The notes under the pieces were generated by a model. That model saw only the letters and a list, made by a program, of their open reading frames with translations. It had not been told where the DNA came from and ran no database searches. A DNA stretch of 64,000 nt, taken from contig JBHLMN010000004.1 in NCBI GenBank assembly GCA_048938105.1, forward strand, positions 287,442-351,441. Reading direction: 5' to 3'. Made by a program: the position numbers and the translations under genes. This document shows positions 31,175 to 40,578 of the stretch, piece by piece; position 1 is the first letter of the stretch, and every line of letters begins with the position of its first letter. The stretch comes from Promethearchaeota archaeon. GTDB taxonomy: Archaea; Asgardarchaeota; Heimdallarchaeia; Hodarchaeales; Hodarchaeaceae.

Positions 31175-34009
31175 TCATTTAAGTTCATTTAAAATTAATT
31201 CTTTAGTTATACTCAATGGAATCAGATCAAATATGTAAAATTCATTTATATCAATAATATCTTTGGCAATAGCAGGAATAATTCCTGAATTAGACAATTT
31301 CGCAAAAAACGGCTTGAGATTTTCATTTTTGTTAAAAAGATAAGCTAGTTCCATTTCATAATGGCTTATTTCTTCCAAACGTTTGTATATATCAGTAGTA
31401 TAGTCAAAAAAATAAAGATCTAATCCTTTTGCATAATCTATTAACATAAGGAGAAATTGTCTTTGGTCTTCATCTGGTAATTTTGATATTTCTCTAAACA
31501 AGGAATGAGAGAGATCCAAGTAATATCCAGGATTCAGTCTTTTTAGCGAATTCTGTTCATATATAAACAATGAGGAATTTACTTCTGGGTTTGATCTCAA
31601 TATTGCTGCTGTTTCGAATATTGCTGAAATGAATTTAACATTCTTATTAATAATAAAATCTTTGATTGATTCCGATACATCAACATTCATTAAATCAACA
31701 GCAGTACAAATCATACCAAGGTCAGTTTCAGATATTATCTTAATTTCTGTGATTTTAGAAGTAAAAAAAAACAACAAAGAGGAGATTTCTCTAAAAAAGC
31801 TTCTTGAAGGAGAAAAGCTTGTTTGTAGTGATCGACGTCTTATTGCCTCAATGTTTGTTGTTATTATGAATGGAACTTCCTTTCCTAGTTTAGCAAAATT
31901 TAGCAAAATTTCACTATCAGATCTCCCTTCCATTAAATCAAGAATACATATCTTTGAAAAATCCAATTTGAAAAATCCTTCTAAGGTAATTTTCTTCAAT
32001 TCTCCACGATGTAGAATCTTTATTTCCACATTATTTAATGTTCTTGTTTTTATTTCCTCAATAAATCTAATTTTCCCCTTAATTGTAAAAGGAATTCTGT
32101 TATTATTGATTACATTTGAAATAAAATTCAAAACATTTTCCAAATTAGATTTGAAGTTTTCTGGCAAATTTTCAAAGATATCTATAAATAAGTCAATGAA
32201 TATTCTGTTATTCTCATTTGATTTTAATAACGATCTCCTTCTGACATCTAATTCAATATCACTATCAATAAAGTTTAAAAACAACAAAAACCGAACTTTT
32301 CCTATTTCTAAGAAGGGGTAGAAGCTTCTAATTAGAACTCCTCTATTGAGAATTGAGTTAAATGAAAACTCATCAGATTCGAAGCTTTTCATTTCAAGCC
32401 TTCTAAATCCTTTATGGAAAATCATTACTTTCCAATAAAATTTAGAAGAAGTTTTTTCTAAGATACTAAATTCTAATTGTTTATCTGGAGGGATAAAATT
32501 AGGTTCTAAATGGTGATCATAAAACCAGGGAAATTTTTCCCTTAATTCTGCTATTGATAGTTTATAATCTCCTGATGCTAGATCAGAGATCCGTCTCTCG
32601 TTTTCAGAAACCCAAGGCTGTTCATTTAAAAGAATGGGGAATTCAGTTAAAATTATATATTCTTCTAGCGCTTTTGTCCAATTGATCCTCCTTCCTTGTT
32701 CGTTGAGTGTAATTTTGATTTTTGTCCCAGTTGTACTGCTGTTAAACGTATTTGGTCTCCATCCCTCTTCGATTGAGCGAATTAGGAAATATCTCCCTTC
32801 ATCATCTAAAGGTTGAGTCCAGATTTCAATCTTTTCCATTATAAGAAAACATGTTAAAAAACCTATACCAAATTGTCCTAATAATCTAGGTAATGTTTCA
32901 TTTTCTTCTTTTAGTAGTCTATTAATGCTTGATCCAGCAGTTGAGAGAAATTTTTTAGCTTCCTTAGGAGTCATGCCAATACCATTATCTATTACTTCTA
33001 TATAATCTTCTGTTATATTAATTCTAATTTTGAGGTTATTATGGTTGTTCTTCCATTTCATACGAAGACAAGCATCAATAGCATTTTGAATTAGCTCTCT
33101 AATAGCAATATCCTTCCTATTATAAATTGTTCTTCCAATTAATAATTGAATTATTTCTTTTTTATCAATGTTTAATCCTATTGGTTCGTTAAGAAAACCT
33201 CTTGTTGTAATTCCTTTTTCAACATAACGATATTTCAAATTAAATTGGTGGAGAATAGGTTTGAGGTAATTGATTGTACTTCTTAACTTATCAACAACAT
33301 CATTGATCAAACTAAGGTCTTCAGGATCTCTTGCTACCCCTGAAACCTTGATACCTGTTTTATCTGCTGTTGGGGCAATACCAGAAATTATTGAATGTCT
33401 TCGAAATTCTATTATCGATGATAGACTTCTAGGATTTGCTATTTCAGTTGTTGGGCCTCTAATTCGTTGATGGGTCATATCCATTTCATCAGCTAGTTTA
33501 ATTAAAGCAGCGAGAAATCCTTTTCGGATAGTCACTCTACCAAACACTGTTTCATTATCAAAATTATTTACATCATATATATCAAAAATCCGATGCCCAG
33601 CAGCTAGATCACCAATAATTTCTGCCTCTTGTTGATTTAAACCAAGTTTTTCAAAATTCTCAAGTATCAATGATTGTGAATGTTCGTGATGTATTGGACG
33701 GTTTTCATCAGAGCTGATTCCGAGGTCACCACTCATTCCCCAATCATGTAACCAAGCTCCAATTACTAGAAAAAAGATCTCAAAGTTTTTAAATCCTTCT
33801 TTAAGCTCATCTGGAACCAGACAATCAATTATTTCAACAATATTTTGACTGTGAGAAAATCCATGAGGGGTGAATTCTGGATGAGTTCTATTCCAATATT
33901 CTAAAGAGGGCGGTATTGTTTCTTCAATGTGTCTTAATCTGCCATATAGAACTTCATCTCTCTCTTTCAGAATATCAATAAATGAGGTTTCATAATCACT
34001 TCTGAACAT
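31175..34009 (-). CDS. HD-domain (HD-CE-like) phosphohydrolase fused to an Hsp90-like GHKL ATPase
   Basis: HGFSHS, WLHDWGM, GH and LADEMD; then RELIQNAIDA, DNGIGM, GQFGIGF and GTKI. Confidence 0.88.
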   Translation of the reverse strand: MFRSDYETSFIDILKERDEVLYGRLRHIEETIPPSLEYWNRTHPEFTPHGFSHSQNIVEIIDCLVPDELKEGFKNFEIFFLVIGAWLHDWGMSGDLGISSDENRPIHHEHSQSLILENFEKLGLNQQEAEIIGDLAAGHRIFDIYDVNNFDNETVFGRVTIRKGFLAALIKLADEMDMTHQRIRGPTTEIANPRSLSSIIEFRRHSIISGIAPTADKTGIKVSGVARDPEDLSLINDVVDKLRSTINYLKPILHQFNLKYRYVEKGITTRGFLNEPIGLNIDKKEIIQLLIGRTIYNRKDIAIRELIQNAIDACLRMKWKNNHNNLKIRINITEDYIEVIDNGIGMTPKEAKKFLSTAGSSINRLLKEENETLPRLLGQFGIGFLTCFLIMEKIEIWTQPLDDEGRYFLIRSIEEGWRPNTFNSSTTGTKIKITLNEQGRRINWTKALEEYIILTEFPILLNEQPWVSENERRISDLASGDYKLSIAELREKFPWFYDHHLEPNFIPPDKQLEFSILEKTSSKFYWKVMIFHKGFRRLEMKSFESDEFSFNSILNRGVLIRSFYPFLEIGKVRFLLFLNFIDSDIELDVRRRSLLKSNENNRIFIDLFIDIFENLPENFKSNLENVLNFISNVINNNRIPFTIKGKIRFIEEIKTRTLNNVEIKILHRGELKKITLEGFFKLDFSKICILDLMEGRSDSEILLNFAKLGKEVPFIITTNIEAIRRRSLQTSFSPSRSFFREISSLLFFFTSKITEIKIISETDLGMICTAVDLMNVDVSESIKDFIINKNVKFISAIFETAAILRSNPEVNSSLFIYEQNSLKRLNPGYYLDLSHSLFREISKLPDEDQRQFLLMLIDYAKGLDLYFFDYTTDIYKRLEEISHYEMELAYLFNKNENLKPFFAKLSNSGIIPAIAKDIIDINEFYIFDLIPLSITKELILNELK

Positions 34010-34342
34010 TTCTCTACCTTACCCTAACCTAATCTTTGAATACTATTTTTAGTTTAAGTTGTAATGTAAATATGCTCTTAAAAGGTACATTATTTTTTCT
34101 AGCTATTTCTGATTGGTAATGAACTCATCACTCTGCCTCCTGAACTCGACCAGATTTCTTCTCTAGAAATGTTGGATCTTAAAAATAATCTAAAATTTAG
34201 TTCAGCTTGTAACCCTTTTATAGAAGTTGTTGAAAGTCAGGTTAGAATGGAGTCTCAAATTTCAAGCCATTTAACTAGCTAAAAATAGATTTCAGATTTA
34301 AAAATTGATTTTAACCAATGGATTTTTTCTTCTTTCCAAATA

Positions 34343-34419
34343 TCATTGTTATTGCATCCAAGAATTGTTCTTGCATCTGCTAGCTATTCTTGGCAGCTGT
34401 TTTTACACTTGAAATCCCA
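34343..34419 (+). repeat. 77-bp direct repeat, copy 2
   Basis: 74/77 identical to 30629-30705. Confidence 0.92.
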
Positions 34420-34555
34420 GAGGGGTATTATTATTGATATTCTTCCCTTCCCTTTTATATTCATAATTGCGAGTATTTATCCTCCCTCGCATTATCAGTA
34501 TCTGAGTGGTTTTGTCGTCTTCCCTGAACCCCTCATAATCTATTTATGATACGCG

Positions 34556-34897
34556 GTGGTGTCTATGTTTACGGAGCGGGTTTGGCTCGTGGTGCCGTCT
34601 GCTATCTTTCGCGAGTGTCTTTTCATGGTTACTTCCCGTGATGGCGCCGTGGGTTTTTGTCTTCAATTTAAACTCTGGAATGAGCCCTGTCCTGCCCGCT
34701 GTGACCAGTTTGTGGCCGCTCCTACGGGGAGTCTTGAAGTTGCCCGGGATAAAAAATTCGATATTGATTGTGTCTACTTCACTCGGATTACGTCTCCATC
34801 CCCTGTCTTTTATTGCACCCTCTATAGGCAGTCTGATCCTTTCTGTGATGCCTGTCTTTTCCCTAAGTATATGACAGATCCGTCTCAACCTGGCTAG
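34556..34897 (+). CDS. Cys-rich small protein, paralog of 27349..27675
   Basis: RECLF..FCL..CPARCDQF..FDIDC..YC..CDAC. Confidence 0.7.
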   Translation: MVSMFTERVWLVVPSAIFRECLFMVTSRDGAVGFCLQFKLWNEPCPARCDQFVAAPTGSLEVARDKKFDIDCVYFTRITSPSPVFYCTLYRQSDPFCDACLFPKYMTDPSQPG

Positions 34898-35351
34898 ACT
34901 ATTCTCTACCTTTTTTATCCCTAACATATGTCTCAATACTAAATAAAAAAGGGGGGAAGGAAGATCATGAGACTACGAAAAAAGCCTTTTTTCTGTGGGT
35001 TCTTATGATCCATTATTTCGTTCCTCTCGCCCTTTATTAATACCCTAGTTTTATTCATATACACCCAGCTTTTTTACTCGCAAAATTGGATTTTTTAAAG
35101 CGTTGGATCCCTCTCATTCCCTCTCTTCTTTCTCTTTATCAAGTTTAACGGGTCATTGACCTCCTTTTAGCTAAGGCTGGATATTATTCTTTCAACCATA
35201 ATATCATGCTTAGGAATATGATAATTATCCTTAACTTCGGTTTTCTTTATAAGGAATTTATAAGGATCGAAACTTTTATTTAAACCTTTGTCTCCACAAT
35301 TATGTGGTTCTTATCAATTCGACTAATTAGTATAGTTGGAGAGTTTGAGTT

Positions 35352-36188
35352 ATGGGTTCTCAGGATGACACCAATCAACCGCGGTTTGGAGACACCCTCC
35401 CTGTGGACGATTGGGGAGTTAATTGTGAACAGTATCAAATGTGGTTTCTTGGATCGCTCATGTGCGCGAAAGATCCACACAATGATTTTGTTCGCTTGGT
35501 TACCCTCCACAATCAGATCACCTACGACGCGACCCGTTTTACCGAGCACTTTCAAAAAAATATCCGTATCTCCTCCCTCCTCAGTGAATTCTTTCATATG
35601 AAGTGGTTGCTCGAGATCGTCGCCATATTACGGACTATCGACCCCAACCACCTCGGTATTCGTACCCATGCCCACCGTGTCTGTTCCTTTCTAGGCTTTA
35701 TTGAGCTCTATCTCTCTTTTCGCGGGCTCACCCTCCTCGACTCCACGCTCGCTGAGATTAATGCCTCCCTCAAAGTTTCCCTCACCAAGAACGATGTCCG
35801 TACCTGGAAGCTCAAGCTCTTACGCATTATTCCTGCCTTGCGTAACCAATGGATTAAGTTTCGTGCTCAAACCCACCAATCTGCCCTTTTCTCCACCGTT
35901 GTGCAGGTTATGAATCGAGAATTGGTGCTTCCGGACTGTTCCAAAGAGCAAATCTTTTTAGTGAAGCAAGCCTGCCTTCGTCTTGCTAAGGCCTTCATTC
36001 CCACCAAGAAAGCGCAGCATGTCAAGAAACCTGAGGTCTGGGCGCGCACTATCTGTCTGAAAGCCGTGCGCGATATCTTACCTGAATACTCTTCCTACCC
36101 CTTACCTCACCTCCCTCGTAAGACCCGCAAGGTGCTTACCAACAAGCTGTGGCAACTCAACCAAGCTCTTCGATCCCTTCTCCATTAG
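35352..36188 (+). CDS. Hypothetical basic helical protein (possibly TFIIB/cyclin-like fold)
   Basis: 278 aa, GC-richer than its flanks. Two helical halves; KKPEVWARTICL loosely resembles a TFB repeat 2 helix. The fold call is weak. Confidence 0.55.
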   Translation: MGSQDDTNQPRFGDTLPVDDWGVNCEQYQMWFLGSLMCAKDPHNDFVRLVTLHNQITYDATRFTEHFQKNIRISSLLSEFFHMKWLLEIVAILRTIDPNHLGIRTHAHRVCSFLGFIELYLSFRGLTLLDSTLAEINASLKVSLTKNDVRTWKLKLLRIIPALRNQWIKFRAQTHQSALFSTVVQVMNRELVLPDCSKEQIFLVKQACLRLAKAFIPTKKAQHVKKPEVWARTICLKAVRDILPEYSSYPLPHLPRKTRKVLTNKLWQLNQALRSLLH

Positions 36189-36561
36189 CTATTCCTTTTT
36201 TTCCCTTTGAGAATTCTTTCTTTCAGGGCTTAACTCTCTTTTTATTAGTTATCAGGTGGCGTTATCTCATGATTATACCTGAAGAATCCTAATTTAGCAC
36301 AAGAGTTACTGAAATCTAGATATAAAATTCCTCTTAAACTTGAAATCACAACCACGTTTCACATTCAATTCTTGGGATTCCCTCTTCCGAAACTGATCAT
36401 TGGATGTGTATTTTCTTTACGATGAAGCTTCATGAAAGAAAAATCATATTGCACTTCCTTACTGTTACTTGGAGAATCCCCCTTCCCATGGAGAAAAATT
36501 TCAGAACTTTAATGACAGATATTTCAAAATATTTCAATAAATATTGAATTTGGGGATTTTT

Positions 36562-36753
36562 ATGTTCAAGAATCGACCAATCCAATTAAAAAACCGAAAA
36601 AAAATCTTTTACTGGTTATTACTACTGTCATCTATGCTCTTTTTGAATATTCAGAATGTTGCTGCATCTAAGCCAACTGAACTAGTGCTCGAATATCTCA
36701 TAATTATATCGATACAAATGGAAAAATTTTTATTGAAATTAAGGTTGTTTTAA
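36562..36753 (+). pseudogene. Probable remnant: signal-peptide N-terminus of a secreted protein
   Basis: RKKIFYWLLLLSSMLFLNIQNVAAS, then the frame ends shortly after. Confidence 0.35.
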
Positions 36754-36780
36754 GTGGTTAGATGTAATATTTTATAGAGG

Positions 36781-37611
36781 TTGTTATGTATGGAAAAAAT
36801 TCGTATGCCTCCCGATTATTTTGATACTTTAACCAAAGAAAAAAAAGATGAAATTGAGACTATAGAAATTCATATTCATTATTGGTATGATTGGCAGGTT
36901 TCTCGTAGCTGTAAAGTGGCAGAAGCTCTTGATAATGTAGATACTTTTCTTCATAATTGGCATGGTCGTATTATTATAGAAGATTATGAAGAACGCAGTA
37001 TATCATATAACGGTGATACAGAAGCAGTCAAAAAATATTTTGCTTCACGAAATTTAGACCCCCCAGCTACTTTCCACCATGAGGCTTTTATTAGGGGTGG
37101 AGGTTATTGTTTTCACGTTTTTAAGCTAATAGCTACTATCAGGACTTTGGATGGGTACTTTTTTAGTACAATAGGGGAGAAAATAGATTTTAATGAATTT
37201 GACGCTCGCCTCATTGAGAATATAAAAGAGTGTTATACACATTTAGAGATAGGCTATCGTTGTGGTGGATTCAATATTACCACCAAATATAGAACGATCA
37301 TAAAGAAACCTTTTTTCTTAAAAGTTCCTAAGTATGCAAAAGACTGGCCAGAGAAATATGAAAAGGCTTTAAGTTCTATGTTTGCTCTAGAAGAACCTAT
37401 TTTTAGAGATGAGTTCCTAGCTAATGTAGATATCTCAAACGACCTGTTAGCTCTCATTCCCAAAGAAAATGAGTATATTGCTTATGGAAAATCAAAGGGA
37501 ACATATTATTTTATGCTTCCTGACTCTCGAGAGACCTATGTGTTTGCTACTGAAGAGGGCATAAAGCATCTTCATGAGAAATACAATGAAATTGAATGGG
37601 TAGAGGATTAA
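36781..37611 (+). CDS. Hypothetical protein, homolog of 4788..5138 with an extra C-terminal domain
   Basis: HYWYDW...YFASRNLDPP..HHEAF. Confidence 0.75.
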   Translation: MLCMEKIRMPPDYFDTLTKEKKDEIETIEIHIHYWYDWQVSRSCKVAEALDNVDTFLHNWHGRIIIEDYEERSISYNGDTEAVKKYFASRNLDPPATFHHEAFIRGGGYCFHVFKLIATIRTLDGYFFSTIGEKIDFNEFDARLIENIKECYTHLEIGYRCGGFNITTKYRTIIKKPFFLKVPKYAKDWPEKYEKALSSMFALEEPIFRDEFLANVDISNDLLALIPKENEYIAYGKSKGTYYFMLPDSRETYVFATEEGIKHLHEKYNEIEWVED

Positions 37612-37824
37612 TTTTCGCTTTTTGTTGAAACCATTGTTGATGGTGTGTCTTATATAGTCTTAACTGATTCTAGGAAAGTAAAGTTAAAAGAAATTGCGAA
37701 TTCATTAGGTCATTCAATTATCTAATCATTAAAAAAGACACATGAACTTGACAAAAAAGAACTTGGTTCTATCTTAAAGTATATTAGAAAGAATATCTGG
37801 AGTGTAATATATGATAAATTTATA

Positions 37825-38090
37825 TGTCGAATGGAGCAAGTGGAATATTCGTGTAAATGCGATTGCACCTTCATTCATAGAAGGAGACACAATGGCCAAA
37901 GTATTCACCAATGAGGATAGTCCTGTGAGAGAGACTCTCATTGAAACCATCCCAACAAAACGTTTCAATACTCCAACTGATTTAAAAGCAGCTGTTTGTT
38001 TCCTCGCGTCAGATGCATCATCCAATATTACTGGTCAGTATCTTGTATTAGACGGAGGTTTGTCTGTAAAATAAGAAGATAGGTGATCTA
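37825..38090 (+). repeat. Right copy of 266-bp direct repeat: orphan 3' fragment of the SDR gene plus downstream ribosome-binding site
   Basis: Encodes VEWSKWNIRVNAIAP...GGLSVK*, identical to the SDR C-terminus except for one C/Y change. Confidence 0.95.
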
Positions 38091-38092
38091 GA

Positions 38093-39277
38093 ATAACACA
38101 AATAAACAAAACAGATGACCTTGATCAGTCATTAAAAGTTGATAAAATAACCCAAAACGATACGGATTTTATTTTTGATTATACTCCGTATTACTTTCTA
38201 GAAGCTTATACCGAATCATTAAAAACCATCCGACAGCAAGGGAAGCCACTACTAGGCTATTTTACCAATCGTGTTCCAGTTGAAATCCTACATGCTCTAA
38301 ACATTAATCCTATTCGTATGTTGTCAATAGGTTCATCAGTTCAGGGTGCCTCAGAGAGATACATTCAAACATTTGCCTGCTCATGGTTGCGCCACATCAT
38401 GGACATTGGACTCAATAAGGGGTATACTACTCTTGATGGACTCATATTCTCTACGGGAACTTGTGATTCCCTGCAGAACCTCTCAGATATCTGGAGAAAA
38501 GTTTTCCCAGAACAATGGACGTACAATCTTACTTTCCCTGTTTTAATAGATACTAAGGCTGCTGTTGAATATCTCCAAAATGAGTTTGACACTTTAATTC
38601 AAAATATCTCCCAAAAGTATCCTGAGAATCCTACTGGTTTTACTCTGTCTAATAGTATTAAATTATTTAATATAAAGCGTGTAAATCTTCAGAAATTAGC
38701 TTGTTTGGTTTCAGAACGGAAGATGAGGTATCAGGAATTTTTTAAACTATTGCTTCTAGGAGATATTCTTCCTATTGAGACTGTTAATTCTTATTTAGAC
38801 AAGAAAATCAACCAAAAAGAGATTTCCAATCCACCTGATATCTTGGATTCCCCTCGCCTTCTTTTAACTGGAGGTATGTTTGATAATTATCTCTTATTCG
38901 AACAGGTTTCTGATTTTGATTATGTAGTAGCTGACGATTTATCTTTTGGGACACGTAACTTTAATTTTACAGTACCTCAAAGTAGCTTTTTACAGGGGTA
39001 TGCGCAGGCATATTTAGAACGAACACCCGATCCCACTGCTTTTGATTTGGAAAAACGTTGGAAAGGCTTAGAAAATTCAATACATAATCATCAGATTGAT
39101 GGTGTAATCATACTTGGGATCAAATTTTGTGATCCTGATACGTTTGAATTTGTGTCTATCCAAAATAACCTCAAGAATCTTGATATTCCTTATTTAAATC
39201 TTGAGACTACTCCTGATTTATCAAATTTAGAACAAATCGAAACACGTCTCTCAGCATTTATCGAAATGATTTCTTAG
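38093..39277 (+). CDS. 2-hydroxyacyl-CoA dehydratase / benzoyl-CoA reductase family subunit; probable ATA start
   Basis: LGYFTNRVPVEILHA lies upstream of the track's ATG. FACSW, TCDS, KFCDP and TRLSAFIEMI motifs. AGGTGA lies 6 nt before ATA 38093. Confidence 0.88.
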   Translation: MTQINKTDDLDQSLKVDKITQNDTDFIFDYTPYYFLEAYTESLKTIRQQGKPLLGYFTNRVPVEILHALNINPIRMLSIGSSVQGASERYIQTFACSWLRHIMDIGLNKGYTTLDGLIFSTGTCDSLQNLSDIWRKVFPEQWTYNLTFPVLIDTKAAVEYLQNEFDTLIQNISQKYPENPTGFTLSNSIKLFNIKRVNLQKLACLVSERKMRYQEFFKLLLLGDILPIETVNSYLDKKINQKEISNPPDILDSPRLLLTGGMFDNYLLFEQVSDFDYVVADDLSFGTRNFNFTVPQSSFLQGYAQAYLERTPDPTAFDLEKRWKGLENSIHNHQIDGVIILGIKFCDPDTFEFVSIQNNLKNLDIPYLNLETTPDLSNLEQIETRLSAFIEMIS

Positions 39278-39289
39278 GAAAAATTCATT

Positions 39290-40561
39290 ATGTCTTCCGA
39301 AAAAGAAAAGACACGCGTATATCGACGCCTTGAAAGCCTTCAAAGCGTTAAGAACTCTCAAGCCATGTATTATCTTCAGAGTAAGAATCCCTATCTTCAT
39401 GAGGAGGGGAAGAAGATAGCTTGGGTAACTTCTGGTGCACCTGTTGAGTTCTTGATTGCAATGGACATTATCCCTCTCTATCCTGAACAGTATGGGGCTA
39501 TTGCAGGAGCAGCAAAGGATTCCACTCGCCTGTGTCAGGTGGCAGAGAGTCATGGGTATAGTCCTGATCTCTGTGCGTACGCTCGTACTTCTTTTGGCAG
39601 TGTATTTTCTCCTGATCCTCCAACACCTTTATCTGAGATTGATGGTATGGGAGGACTAGCGCAGCCTGATATGTTGATTGCAGGGAACAACATCTGCGGG
39701 ACTGTACTGCAATGGTATCAAGATTTATCTCGCATTTTCAATATTCCATTATTTTTGTTTGACACTCCTCCTTTAGTAAGTGATACCATACCGAATTATT
39801 ACATTGATTACTTAACCTCTCAATTAGGGGACTATATTGAGTTTCTAGAAAAGCAAATGGGGAGGAAAATAGATGAGGAAACGATACTCGACACAATGCA
39901 TCATTCCCGTCAAGCAGTTGAATTGTGGACTCAAATCTTAAATCTTTGTAAAAATAAGCCTAGTCCTTTGAATTGTGCTGATAGATTCTTGTTAATGGCG
40001 CCTGTTGTATCTCAGAGGGGTGTTCCAGAAATTGTACACGTTTATGAAGAAGTATTATCAGAAGTTCAAACAAGAGTCGATGAGGGACTTGGTGCTATAA
40101 CTATTCCAGAGAATTATCGATTTTTGTTTGACAATATCCCAATTTGGTTTAACCTATATGAGTTCTTTAATTCACTTTCTGCAAAGGGGGTAGTATTTCC
40201 TGTTGACACATACACACAAGCATGGAGTCAACAACTTGCTGAGACAGGAGATCTATTGCGGGATGCAGCAGTCACTTACTCGAACATCTATCTCAATAAA
40301 ACTCTTCAACATAAAATTGACTTAATTAGTACCTTGGTAAATGATTACGAATGTGATGGGATCTTATACCATTCCATGAGAAGTTGTAAAAGATATTCCT
40401 TAGGGCAGCCAATTACGCGACGAGAGGTGACTGAGAAGACTGGTAGACCTGGTGTCATTGTTGAAGGAGATATGTGTGATAGCAGAAACTTTAGTGAAGA
40501 ACAAGCATGGACAAGGATCGAGGCATTACTAGAGCTCATTAATGAAGAAATCTATCATTAA
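39290..40561 (+). CDS. 2-hydroxyacyl-CoA dehydratase / benzoyl-CoA reductase family subunit
   Basis: APVEFLIAMDIIPLYPE, GYSPDLCAY, NNICGT, SCK and EGDMCD...TRIEA. Confidence 0.92.
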   Translation: MSSEKEKTRVYRRLESLQSVKNSQAMYYLQSKNPYLHEEGKKIAWVTSGAPVEFLIAMDIIPLYPEQYGAIAGAAKDSTRLCQVAESHGYSPDLCAYARTSFGSVFSPDPPTPLSEIDGMGGLAQPDMLIAGNNICGTVLQWYQDLSRIFNIPLFLFDTPPLVSDTIPNYYIDYLTSQLGDYIEFLEKQMGRKIDEETILDTMHHSRQAVELWTQILNLCKNKPSPLNCADRFLLMAPVVSQRGVPEIVHVYEEVLSEVQTRVDEGLGAITIPENYRFLFDNIPIWFNLYEFFNSLSAKGVVFPVDTYTQAWSQQLAETGDLLRDAAVTYSNIYLNKTLQHKIDLISTLVNDYECDGILYHSMRSCKRYSLGQPITRREVTEKTGRPGVIVEGDMCDSRNFSEEQAWTRIEALLELINEEIYH

Positions 40562-40578
40562 TAATTAAAAGACGTAAA

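Larger units (their letters stand above)
4366..38090. mobile_element. Genomic (defence) island inserted in the 3' end of an SDR gene
   Basis: Flanking 266-bp direct repeats. It splits an apparent SDR-SDR-dehydratase operon and has mosaic composition with defence-type cargo. No integrase recognised. Confidence 0.8.

Noticed and set aside
31629-32321. 230-aa plus-strand ORF and similar antisense ORFs across the window
   Set aside because: Shadow frames opposite motif-bearing genes, with no independent support.
34544-35601. Alternative ORFs 34544..34936(-), 34638..34874(+), 35280..35597(-) and 35302..35601(+)
   Set aside because: They overlap better-supported ORFs (the Cys-rich paralog and the 278-aa protein) in a GC-richer stretch where spurious frames are expected.
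37800-37832. dif/Xer-like site at the island's right junction
   Set aside because: AT-rich with only weak dyad symmetry and no counterpart at the left repeat.
37811-38074. 87-aa SDR ORF as a functional gene
   Set aside because: Lacks the Rossmann and YxxxK motifs; it is the displaced 3' gene fragment.
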